64,000 bases of DNA from an uncultured delta proteobacterium (GTDB taxonomy: Bacteria; Myxococcota_A; Polyangia; Fen-1088): contig CAVWIP010000011.1 of NCBI GenBank assembly GCA_963755125.1, positions 1 through 64,000 on the forward strand, given 5' to 3'. Position 1 is the first letter of the stretch. The number at the start of each line of letters is the position of its first letter. Below are positions 28,101 through 38,565 of this stretch, piece by piece. The notes under the pieces were generated by a model that saw only the letters and a program-made list of their open reading frames with translations, had not been told where the DNA came from and ran no database searches. The translations under genes and the position numbers were made by a program.

Positions 28101-29228
28101 AATCTTTACAGCCTTCTCGCCACCAGTGCAGACAACGGGGCCACCCAGTACGCCGGCCCCGGCGGGGCTACCTTCCCGGTTGCAACCACGCTATTCGACT
28201 CGGTGGCGACGGAACAGACCTACGACATCATCATAGTCAATTGTGCCGGTGCCGACTTCCTTGGCATAGGGGACGGGCAATACGTGACCGAAGCCCGCCG
28301 TCAGAATCTCAAGGCGTACGTCAACGGCGGCGGCAAGGCCTTTCTCGAGCACTACTTCGCCGGCTTCCTGATGTCCACCAGCACGCTCGCCGCACCCTAT
28401 GGCGAGGTGGCGACATGGGACGGGACGCTGGGGACACCTGTCGCGGGCGCTGACCTGATGACAAGTATTGATCAGTCCTTTGCCAAGGGGCAGGCATTCG
28501 CACAGTGGTTGACCGCCGTCCAAGCCTCGACGATTCTAGGCAGCCTGCCACTCACCGACTCCACCAACGGCTCACTACAGCCGAAGTACACCGCCGAGAC
28601 CACCACCGCGCCGGCCACGCGATGGATCTTCAACCCGGTTTCCAGTACAGACAATACGTCGAGTCACGTCCACTACTTCGACCTGCTGACTCCGACTGAC
28701 CAGACGACCAAATGCGGCCGCGTTGTCTACACGGGAATACACGTTTCCGCGGCCAACTCCGGCGTGGGTCAGGATGCGGTGCGTGTCCTTGGTGGTACGC
28801 CCGTGTTCCCGACAGAATGCAGCGTTCGTCCGCTCTACGGCCAGGAGAAGGCGATGGAGTTCATGTTCTTCGACCTCTCCGGGTGCGTGACCCCCCCTGC
28901 GCTATCGCCCACACCACCGCCCACGGTGGGGGCCACGGCGCCCGCCGCTCCTCCGCCAGCTGCCAGCCCTCCGCCACCGCCGCCGCCACCCCCTCCGGCA
29001 GCTCCACCTCCTGCCACCGCACCACCCGCGGCTGTAGCGCCATCGCCGCCAGGATCTCCGCCACCACCGACTGCCCTCCCGGCCCCACCACCACCGCCAC
29101 CACCGCCTGCGTCCCCGCCACCATCGGTGCCTCCTGCGGCAGCGCCTCCTCCTGCGGCAGCGCCACCCCCGCCATCACCACCGCCACTTCCAGCGCAGGC
29201 GCCGCCAGACGCCCAGATCATCCCGTAG
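25107..29228 (+). CDS. Large Cys-rich repeat surface protein with a carboxypeptidase-regulatory-like domain and Pro-rich tail
   Basis: Lipobox-like TAAC; about 15 repeats of YCG.IGDGCG..LDC...C..GW.C; TSISGTVYDPAG.NPLYN, QLGKWRR, QEKAMEFMFFDLSGC; poly-Pro C-terminus. Confidence 0.8.
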   Translation: MKRDASVARVTLRMRPGVRSWVQLSVVCVLVWTAACSADDRATVWLQEGPAPAPDSGPIIVLAEPRTTDGGICSSMTCSAGSTQRCGDIDNCGQTLHCGDCPADLQCNKQNVCVGTNCVAGCTFAGGAYCGVIGDNCGGTLDCGAVCPQPGWTCGADHICKGDPTVCQADTCVATSGDHYCGTIGDGCGNTLDCGNDCPTGWSCINNLCVGSGVCNAVNCATDSGDHYCGTIGDGCGGSLDCGDDCPAGWTCDDHVCKATPPICTLASCTSGSGDYYCGTIGDGCGGSLDCGADCPAGWTCVNSVCVGAPPTCVPATCDAPGGGRYCGQVGDGCGGTLDCPTDCPQPGWVCQDNLCIGPPDVCTKITCVTTTGDHYCGTVGDNCGGSLDCGNDCPAGWTCGPDQICKGGAGVCTQLSCTTLSGDHYCGTVGDGCGGSLACSNDCPAGWTCGTDNICKGGTGVCTPATCDAPNGDRYCGTIGDQCGGTLDCGTTCPEPGWTCNNSICQGGSICTPLTCVASSGDNYCGAIGDGCGGTLDCSATCPQTGWVCDSGLCRAGPTADCVPRTCTTADGAQYCGTIGDGCGNSLDCGSTCAKTGWVCQDNLCKAGPTANCVPLACTTAGNDQYCGTIGDGCGNALDCGTTCANPGWTCQNNLCIGPPGVCTPLTCTTGSGAQYCGTIGDGCGNSLDCGTTCTNAGWTCQNNLCKGGSTCVPVTCTPASGGQYCGTIGDGCGNSLVCSTDCSAAGSGWACGSSNVCMGGPNCVQVTCNDASGAQQYCGNIGDGCGGTLSCPATCPAGMTCGATMANVCGTCVNLCQSQVHCDGGATTSISGTVYDPAGLNPLYNVIVAIPNAALDPIPAGASCTSCDAQVSGQPIATALTDSNGHFILNNVPWGTDFPVVMQLGKWRRQVTIPASMVTHQCADNPIVDNPPDAGTLLDRLLRLPRNIYDGDNNGQYTNMPKIAITTGQIDALECLLTRAGIDTAEFTNPEGTGHINLYSLLATSADNGATQYAGPGGATFPVATTLFDSVATEQTYDIIIVNCAGADFLGIGDGQYVTEARRQNLKAYVNGGGKAFLEHYFAGFLMSTSTLAAPYGEVATWDGTLGTPVAGADLMTSIDQSFAKGQAFAQWLTAVQASTILGSLPLTDSTNGSLQPKYTAETTTAPATRWIFNPVSSTDNTSSHVHYFDLLTPTDQTTKCGRVVYTGIHVSAANSGVGQDAVRVLGGTPVFPTECSVRPLYGQEKAMEFMFFDLSGCVTPPALSPTPPPTVGATAPAAPPPAASPPPPPPPPPPAAPPPATAPPAAVAPSPPGSPPPPTALPAPPPPPPPPASPPPSVPPAAAPPPAAAPPPPSPPPLPAQAPPDAQIIP

Positions 29229-29460
29229 CCCGTTCCCGCGGCAAGATCGTTCTCGCATCTGAGGACACGGCGTCCAAGTCCATGATCCGCGCGACAGCAT
29301 CGACGGTGACTACTTCTTCAGCGATGTCGGACATCCGAGCGGGATCGGGTTTCTGCCCCATCTCAAGAGCCTCAATCTCGACCCTCGGACTTCGGGAATT
29401 GGGCGACCAGACTATGCTCATCCGTGGCGGTTCTGGTGTTCTCTAGACGAGGTGTGTCCA

Positions 29461-31815
29461 ATGTCAACAGGCGCGATTTCCACCCTTCTCGGACCCTCTA
29501 TCCCAAGAAGTTACCGGGCGCTGCTCATGACCAGTGGCGTCGTTCTGCTTGTAGCAGCGAGTTGCACCAGCGCAAAGGTCGATAACAGCCAACCAGCGTC
29601 GACGTCGACGGTGGCCGGAGGTGGAGGTGGAGGTGGGCAGGGCCAAAGCGGAGGGGGGAATAACAGTAGCGCCACCGGCGGCAGTGGGGGCTGCATTGTT
29701 TGTGTCGGTACCGGCTCAACCAGCAGGGACGCCGGGACAACCTCTCTGTCCCCCAAGAACTGCGGGAATGGCGTTCTCGACCAGGGCGAGCAATGCGATG
29801 ACGGTGTACCCCCTGCCCAGAAAGTCGGTCCCAATGCTATCGATGACGGCTGCAATGCCCTGTGCCAGATCGAAGCCAACTGGAGTTGTCCAACCCCGGG
29901 GCAGGCATGCGTGAACATGGCCATATGCGGGAACGGAATACTGACATCCAACGAGGCCTGTGACGACGGAAACACGGTCAGCGGTGACGGTTGCTCGGGA
30001 GACTGCCAGACCGTCGAGCCGGGCTACATATGCCGTGTCCCGGGAAAGCCCTGCACGACCTTATGTGGAGACGGCATCGTCAAGGGGACAGAGCAATGCG
30101 ACGACGGCAACACTGTAAGCGGCGATGGCTGTTCCTCTTCCTGCAAGGTCGAGGCCGGTTTCCAGTGCACCGGCAGTCCGAGCGTATGCACGCCAACCGT
30201 TTGTGGAGACGGCAAGGTAGAAGGCGGCGAGGGCTGCGATGACGGCAACACCATGCCTTTCGATGGGTGTTCGGAGGAGTGCCAGATTGAACCCAATTGC
30301 TCGGGAAGTTCCGGCTGTACCTCTCCCTGTGGCGACGGCATCATCATGGGCACCAAGCAATGCGACGACGGCAACCAGACAAGCGGCGATGGCTGCTCCT
30401 CGACCTGCCAGGTCGAGCCTGGCTGGACCTGCACGCAACCACCTCTTGGCAATGAGATGAAGGTGCCGGTGATCTATCGTGATTTCCGCTTCCACAATCC
30501 CAGCGACTTTGAACCTGGGGTTACGGGGTCGAACAATCCTACCACCGGTATCGTTGAAACCAGCCTGGACCAAGATGGGAAGCCGGTCTTCACGGGCCTG
30601 GCCACTGCACACATCGAGAGCACGAGCACGTTTGCCGAGTGGTATCGCACGACTCCCGGCGTGAACGACCCAACGGCATCGAAGATTTCGCTGTGGGACA
30701 ATGGACAAGGCGGCTACGTGAACCGCTACGGACCCAACGGCGAGCAGTGGAATGTCACCGATATCGCCTACTACTGCGGCACTGTCGGGCAGGAAATGCT
30801 CGATGCGAACGGCAAAGCTATCCCGTGTACCTCGGAATACCAGGCCACTAGCTCGACGGACTGTACCACCGCCGCCGCCAAGGGCTGGACGATGCTCGAT
30901 TGCTACCAGAACGGTAACAATTGGAGCGCCACCTTCATTGTCAAGAAGGTCGACGGCAACCCCCTCTTCTTCCCCATCGACAGCGACCCATTTTCGGCCG
31001 ACCAACTCGAGCCCGCTCAAGTCCCCTCAGTACCGGCGGGGCTATACGACGACACAGGAACCTGGCCGTGGGACGTGGACGCGAACGGAAACGAGATTAT
31101 GCACAACTTCAGCTTCACCAGCGAGACTCGCTACTGGTTCAAGTACGACTCGAGCAAGTCATTCACCCTCGATTTTGTGGGTGACGATGACGTGTGGGTC
31201 TTCATCAATAGGAAGTTGGCGGTTGACCTGGGCGGTATTAAGACGCCATGTGAAGGGTCGGTCACTCTGGATGCCGCAACGATTTCCAGTCTGAACCTTG
31301 GACTTCAGGACGGAAATGTCTATGAGATCGCAGTCTTCCAGACCGAGCGTCAGACCACTGGGTCTACCTATAAGTTGACCCTGAACGGATTCAATGCTGC
31401 CCCCAGCAGTTGTGTTCCGAGGTGTGGCGATGGCATCGTGGTCGCCGGCGAGGAATGCGACTGCGGCAACGGCACGGTGCCTGTCCCTGCGGGCTGCCCA
31501 GGCCCGAACAGTGATACCGCCTACGGTGGCTGCACTACGCAGTGCACGTGGGGGCCGTTCTGCGGAGATGGCATAGTCAACGGCCCAGAACAATGCGACC
31601 TCGGCAAGCTGAATGGCTCGAATGACAGCAAATGCACCTTCGCATGCACGACGCCTCACTACTGTGGCGATGGCATTGTCGACACGAATCTTGGCGAGCA
31701 ATGCGACTTGGGGGCACTGAATGGCGTACCCCTTGATGCCAACGGGAACCCAACGGACGGCGGCGGCTCAATCGAATGCACCACGAATTGCCAGATTCCG
31801 CCGACATACTTCTGA
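29461..31815 (+). CDS. Myxobacterial cysteine-rich repeat (DUF4215-type) protein with a fibro-slime/PA14 domain
   Basis: CGDG..E.CDDGN..SGDGCS..C repeats; YRDF, HNFSFTSE, FVGDDDVWVFIN..LAVDLGG, FQTER. Confidence 0.88.
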   Translation: MSTGAISTLLGPSIPRSYRALLMTSGVVLLVAASCTSAKVDNSQPASTSTVAGGGGGGGQGQSGGGNNSSATGGSGGCIVCVGTGSTSRDAGTTSLSPKNCGNGVLDQGEQCDDGVPPAQKVGPNAIDDGCNALCQIEANWSCPTPGQACVNMAICGNGILTSNEACDDGNTVSGDGCSGDCQTVEPGYICRVPGKPCTTLCGDGIVKGTEQCDDGNTVSGDGCSSSCKVEAGFQCTGSPSVCTPTVCGDGKVEGGEGCDDGNTMPFDGCSEECQIEPNCSGSSGCTSPCGDGIIMGTKQCDDGNQTSGDGCSSTCQVEPGWTCTQPPLGNEMKVPVIYRDFRFHNPSDFEPGVTGSNNPTTGIVETSLDQDGKPVFTGLATAHIESTSTFAEWYRTTPGVNDPTASKISLWDNGQGGYVNRYGPNGEQWNVTDIAYYCGTVGQEMLDANGKAIPCTSEYQATSSTDCTTAAAKGWTMLDCYQNGNNWSATFIVKKVDGNPLFFPIDSDPFSADQLEPAQVPSVPAGLYDDTGTWPWDVDANGNEIMHNFSFTSETRYWFKYDSSKSFTLDFVGDDDVWVFINRKLAVDLGGIKTPCEGSVTLDAATISSLNLGLQDGNVYEIAVFQTERQTTGSTYKLTLNGFNAAPSSCVPRCGDGIVVAGEECDCGNGTVPVPAGCPGPNSDTAYGGCTTQCTWGPFCGDGIVNGPEQCDLGKLNGSNDSKCTFACTTPHYCGDGIVDTNLGEQCDLGALNGVPLDANGNPTDGGGSIECTTNCQIPPTYF

Positions 31816-31974
31816 TCAATGGCCAGGGCAGCCAGCGCATAACACCACTCCCTGGCGTTGAACACGGCTGGCGAGCATACCTACGTCATTGGCGGGTGAG
31901 GATGCTTCGTTTTTCGACGATCCTGTTTTTGGTGCCAGACGCGCTGTCAGCCTCGGCCACTCCTTGGCCGGCGC

Positions 31975-33273
31975 TCACCGTTGGGGCTGTTCGTCATATA
32001 GCTCCGCGCTCGCGAGACACTGGCCGCTGCCATCATCGCCACCGACGATGAGCACCAACCCATTGGGCAAGAATGTCGCCGTCTGCAGCCACCTTGCCAC
32101 GGTCATGCTGCTGGTGGCTGTGAATCTCCCAGCTGCTGGATCGTAGATCTCCGCGCTCGCGAGAATCCCACCGTCACCAAAGCCGCCAGCGATGACCACC
32201 GTTCCGTTGTCCAACAACGTCGCCGTGTGGACGTCCCGTGCCGTGGTCATGGTTCCAGTGAGAGTGAATGTCCTGGCCGCCGGGTTGTATACCTCCGCGC
32301 TCGCGAGAGATGCGCTGGCATCGCCTCCGCCAGCGATGAGCACCGTCGCGTTGCTCAACAATGTCGCCGTGTGATATGCCCTTGCCGTGGTCATGGTTCC
32401 GGTGGGCGTGAATGTCTCGGTCGCCGGGTCGTATAGCTCCGCGCTCGAATAACCCCCGCCAGCGATGAGCACCGTCGCGTTGCTCAACAATGTCGCCGTG
32501 TGATATGCCCTTGCCGCGGTCATGGTTCCGGTGGGCGTGAATGTCCCGGTCGTCGGATCGTATAGCTCCGCGCTGGCTACATCCCCGTCGCCCCATCCGC
32601 CGGCGATGAGCACCTGCCCATTCGGCAACAACGTCGCCGTGTGCCCGAGCCTTGCCGTGGTCATGGTTCCGGTGGGCGTGAATGTCCCGGTCGTCGGGTC
32701 GTACAGCTCCGCGCTAGTGAGAGCCCCGTAGCTGCCATTGACCCCGCCCCCCGCAACGAGCACCTTCCCGCTGCTCAGCAACGTCGCCGTGTGGAGATCC
32801 CTTGCCGTGGTCATGCTTCCAGTGGGAGTGAATAGCCCGGCTGCCGGGTCGTATAGTTCTGCGCTCGCGAGAACCGTGATGCCGTCCGATGTTCCACCGG
32901 CGATGAGCACCTCTCCGCTCGGCAACGACGTCGCCGTGTGCCTATCCCTTGCCACGGTCATGCTGCCAGTCGACACGAAAATTCCCTGCAGCCCCACCAC
33001 ATCCGACCATGCGTCGGCTGCAAAGTTCGCGTCCGCGGCAACGGCCGGGGCGTCGGCACTTCGGTCTGCTGCCGCATCCACGACAGGCCCGCTCATCCCG
33101 CCTCCCGCACCTCCTGTTCCACCAGAACCGCCCACCAGCCCCCCGCCACTGCCGCTCGAACCGGCGCTGTCCTCTATGAGGAGAACGTGGACGATCCCGC
33201 CGCCGCAGCCGCCGAGGGACGCCACCAGAAGACACGAAACCAGGATGCGCAGTCTCGCTACCATGCAGACCAT
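31975..33273 (-). CDS. Kelch-repeat beta-propeller lipoprotein
   Basis: Six repeats of TGSM..AR..HTATLL.NG.VLIAGG..SAELYDP; lipobox-like LGGC. Confidence 0.9.
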   Translation of the reverse strand: MVCMVARLRILVSCLLVASLGGCGGGIVHVLLIEDSAGSSGSGGGLVGGSGGTGGAGGGMSGPVVDAAADRSADAPAVAADANFAADAWSDVVGLQGIFVSTGSMTVARDRHTATSLPSGEVLIAGGTSDGITVLASAELYDPAAGLFTPTGSMTTARDLHTATLLSSGKVLVAGGGVNGSYGALTSAELYDPTTGTFTPTGTMTTARLGHTATLLPNGQVLIAGGWGDGDVASAELYDPTTGTFTPTGTMTAARAYHTATLLSNATVLIAGGGYSSAELYDPATETFTPTGTMTTARAYHTATLLSNATVLIAGGGDASASLASAEVYNPAARTFTLTGTMTTARDVHTATLLDNGTVVIAGGFGDGGILASAEIYDPAAGRFTATSSMTVARWLQTATFLPNGLVLIVGGDDGSGQCLASAELYDEQPQR

Positions 33274-33431
33274 GGTCGCTCCATTCGGGACTCGGCGCAA
33301 ACAGTTCCGGGGCGGCGTGTCGCCCTCGCCGCCTGACCTCGACGAGACTGAACGATTACGCTATTTTTTGCTTTTGGACTTTTTCATTCCTTTCAACTCG
33401 CCGGTTTGACCGGCGCGCCGAGGAGTCCACG

Positions 33432-33770
33432 ATGAGAAGAACTTTCTGGAACGCGGCAGCTATCGGGCTACTCGCTGCTTGCACAACCGGTTGCGGCAAC
33501 GGCAAGAACTTCGTCGCGGACCTCTGCAACAAACTGCAAAGTTGCGGCGAGCTTTCCCTGAGGAAAGTCTCGACCGTCTCACAATGCACAACCAACTGTC
33601 TTCGGCAACTGAGCCAGCTGAGCAGCCAACTGGGTGGCAGTGATCCCGCCGCCGCGGACCAGGCCTTAGCCGCCGCGGACCAAGCCATAGAGCAATGCCT
33701 GGAAATTCCAGACTGCCCGAGCTTCTCGAACTGCGTGAGCACTCTGGTCAACGGGAACCTTCCGCCGTGA
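33432..33770 (+). CDS. Small Cys-containing lipoprotein
   Basis: GAGGAG RBS, lipoprotein signal, paired Cys residues. Confidence 0.65.
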   Translation: MRRTFWNAAAIGLLAACTTGCGNGKNFVADLCNKLQSCGELSLRKVSTVSQCTTNCLRQLSQLSSQLGGSDPAAADQALAAADQAIEQCLEIPDCPSFSNCVSTLVNGNLPP

Positions 33771-33887
33771 ACTCCGCCGAAGGCGCCCACACGCAGGTGA
33801 AGTGAACCGACGGCGAACCCGCTGATCCCGCCGAGGGTTTCCCTCCGACCCGGGCTGGCCGATTCCGAGAGAACTTGAGAATGCTGG

Positions 33888-34283
33888 CTAGCGCCGCGGA
33901 TCGCCGACCCGGTAGTTGTCGGCGCGCAGAAGCAGGTTGGTCAGCCGCGTGCGGTTGTCCTCGTCGACGGGGGCCACGGTTGCACCAAACCCCGGGGGCC
34001 GCTTGCCCGGGCTGCCTTCGTCGATGCGGATGATGGTGGCCCGACAAACGACATTGAAATCGGGATCGTCGCCGATGCCATCTTCCGATCCGAAGATGAC
34101 GATCCCGAAATCGGTTCCAGGCCTCAGGTCTGGATATTCCGCCGGGGTCCCCACCAGGTAAACGCCACCCGCCGAGAGGTTGCGCACATCCATAATATGG
34201 ACCTCGCGACTCTTGACCTCAGCTTGGGCGTACACCTCGATGCGGGGGCTTCGGCGTTTGGATTCCTGTGGCTCTCCTGGCAC
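33888..34283 (-). CDS. PilZ-domain protein
   Basis: KRRSPR (RxxxR) and NLSAGG (NxSxxG) c-di-GMP motifs. Confidence 0.85.
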   Translation of the reverse strand: MPGEPQESKRRSPRIEVYAQAEVKSREVHIMDVRNLSAGGVYLVGTPAEYPDLRPGTDFGIVIFGSEDGIGDDPDFNVVCRATIIRIDEGSPGKRPPGFGATVAPVDEDNRTRLTNLLLRADNYRVGDPRR

Positions 34284-34360
34284 CCGACCATTGTATCCCG
34301 TTAATCAGGTAAATGGGGGGCTGCCGGTTGGTTTTTATGTCAACCACCGGCAACCCGCCT

Positions 34361-34420
34361 TGGGGCGACCGCAGGTCGCCAGTACGGCCTTTGAGTGGGG
34401 GCGACCGGCGGTCGCCCCTT
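34361..34420. repeat. Two REP-like palindromes (GGGGCGACC-N3/4-GGTCGCC) downstream of groEL
   Basis: GGGGCGACCGCAGGTCGCC and GGGGGCGACCGGCGGTCGCCCCT are visible. Confidence 0.55.
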
Positions 34421-34429
34421 CCGACATGA

Positions 34430-36076
<1,647 letters not shown>

Positions 36077-36094
36077 GATGATTTCCTTTCCTGC

Positions 36095-36382
36095 CTACTC
36101 GATGACGCCGAGGATGTCGTCCTCGCGCAAAATCAGGTGCTCGACGCCGTCCATCTTGATGTCGCTGCCCGAATACTTGGCGAACAGGATCTTGTCGCCC
36201 GCCTTGACTTCCAGCTTGCGCAGCGACCCGTCGTCCTGCAGCTTGCCGTGCCCCACCGCAACGATGACACCTTGCTGTGGTTTTTCCTTGGCCGTGTCGG
36301 GGATGAAAAGACCGCCGGCGGTCTTGGTTTCTTCCTCGACGCGCTTGACTAGAATGCGATCGTAAAGTGGTCGAACCTTCAT
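36095..36382 (-). CDS. groES: Co-chaperonin GroES
   Basis: [35 protein letters not shown]. Confidence 0.98.
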   Translation of the reverse strand: MKVRPLYDRILVKRVEEETKTAGGLFIPDTAKEKPQQGVIVAVGHGKLQDDGSLRKLEVKAGDKILFAKYSGSDIKMDGVEHLILREDDILGVIE

Positions 36383-36475
36383 TGTCTCCTCCTTGTTCCT
36401 GAAAACCACCCGCCTTCGTTCAGTAGGCCGGGTGGAACTCGCCGAATTGAAACGCGGTACACATGCGCGGGGAAA

Positions 36476-36820
36476 TCAAGCCGCCGCGATCTTGGGCTTG
36501 CCGCCAGCCTTTGCTCTCGCCTCCCCTGTCGATGCCGGTGACGCCGTGGCGGCAGTCCCCGCCTGGGCTGATGACGGGGCCGCGTTCGCTGCCTTGCCCT
36601 CCCCTTCCCCGCTAGCCTTGGCGCTGCCGGCCGGCCGCTGGCTGGCATACAGATCGCCGTACCAGCCGCCACCTTTTAGCTGGAACGAGGTGTGACTGAT
36701 CAGACGTTCCACCTTGCGCGCCTTGCACTTCGGGCAAACCTTGACCGGCTTGTCGTTGATCTTTTGCCATTCCTCGAACCGATGGCTGCAGGCGCTGCAT
36801 TCGTATTCGTAGACTGGCAT
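36476..36820 (-). CDS. FmdB-family zinc-ribbon protein
   Basis: MPVYEYECSAC..FE..CPKC..FQLKGGGWY. Confidence 0.9.
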   Translation of the reverse strand: MPVYEYECSACSHRFEEWQKINDKPVKVCPKCKARKVERLISHTSFQLKGGGWYGDLYASQRPAGSAKASGEGEGKAANAAPSSAQAGTAATASPASTGEARAKAGGKPKIAAA

Positions 36821-36870
36821 TTGGTGCTCCCTGAAGAAACCAGCCACCGGACGAACCTGTGGCGCTCGTA

Positions 36871-36898
36871 AGGTTAAGCACCCAATAGCCGCTGTCAA
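36871..36898 (-). promoter_or_regulatory. Putative sigma70 promoter of fmdB-groES-groEL
   Basis: TTGACA-N16-TAACCT on the minus strand, about 50 nt upstream of the fmdB ATG. Confidence 0.55.
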
Positions 36899-36970
36899 GC
36901 GACCACGGAGAGCGCCGAACTGTTGGGGAAGACCGAAATGATTCCAACTTGTTACATACAATCTCAGCGC

Positions 36971-36997
36971 CTGGCGCTCGTAGCACGCGAGTGCCAA
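36971..36997 (-). promoter_or_regulatory. CIRCE-like element (HrcA operator)
   Basis: TTGGCACTC-N9-GAGCGCCAG versus consensus TTAGCACTC-N9-GAGTGCTAA; located upstream of groESL. Confidence 0.75.
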
Positions 36998-37039
36998 CCT
37001 CCGCGCAATGCGCGGGCCTTGGCCCAATCACGCTGACGG

Positions 37040-38113
<1,074 letters not shown>

Positions 38114-38158
38114 GGTGGGGGCACGGCCAGGGCGAAGCCCGAGCCGCGCAAAATCGCC

Positions 38159-38389
38159 CTAGGTGGCGGCCGGAGTCGGCGGCGTCGTCTTCTTGGCGTA
38201 CTTCTTGTTGAAGCGCTCGATGCGGCCGCCGGTGTCGAGGAACTTCTGCTTGCCCGTGTAGAACGGGTGGCAATTCGAACAAATGTCCACCATGAACGAC
38301 CCGCGGGTGGAATACGTCTCAACTGTGTGACCGCAGGCACACGTGATGGTGGCGGGCTTGTAGGCCGGGTGAATCCCCTTCTTCGGCAT
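38159..38389 (-). CDS. rpmE: 50S ribosomal protein L31 (Zn-binding type)
   Basis: [24 protein letters not shown]. Confidence 0.98.
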   Translation of the reverse strand: MPKKGIHPAYKPATITCACGHTVETYSTRGSFMVDICSNCHPFYTGKQKFLDTGGRIERFNKKYAKKTTPPTPAAT

Positions 38390-38565
38390 GACGAGCAACC
38401 TTCCGTAAGAGCCGGCGTTTATAATCGCCCGCGGCAGCAAGAGCAAGCAGCAATGCGCAAGCCCGAGTCGGCGGGGCTCTCTGCCCGCCTTCTCGCGTTA
38501 CTTTGGGCTGTGCTTCGGGGCCTCACTGGCGTGGACGCGGTCTCGCCATGTATAGTCCGCCGCGC

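Noticed and set aside
29218..29421. 67-aa minus-strand ORF between the Cys-rich genes
   Set aside because: No recognisable motif or RBS; possibly a remnant but unsupported.
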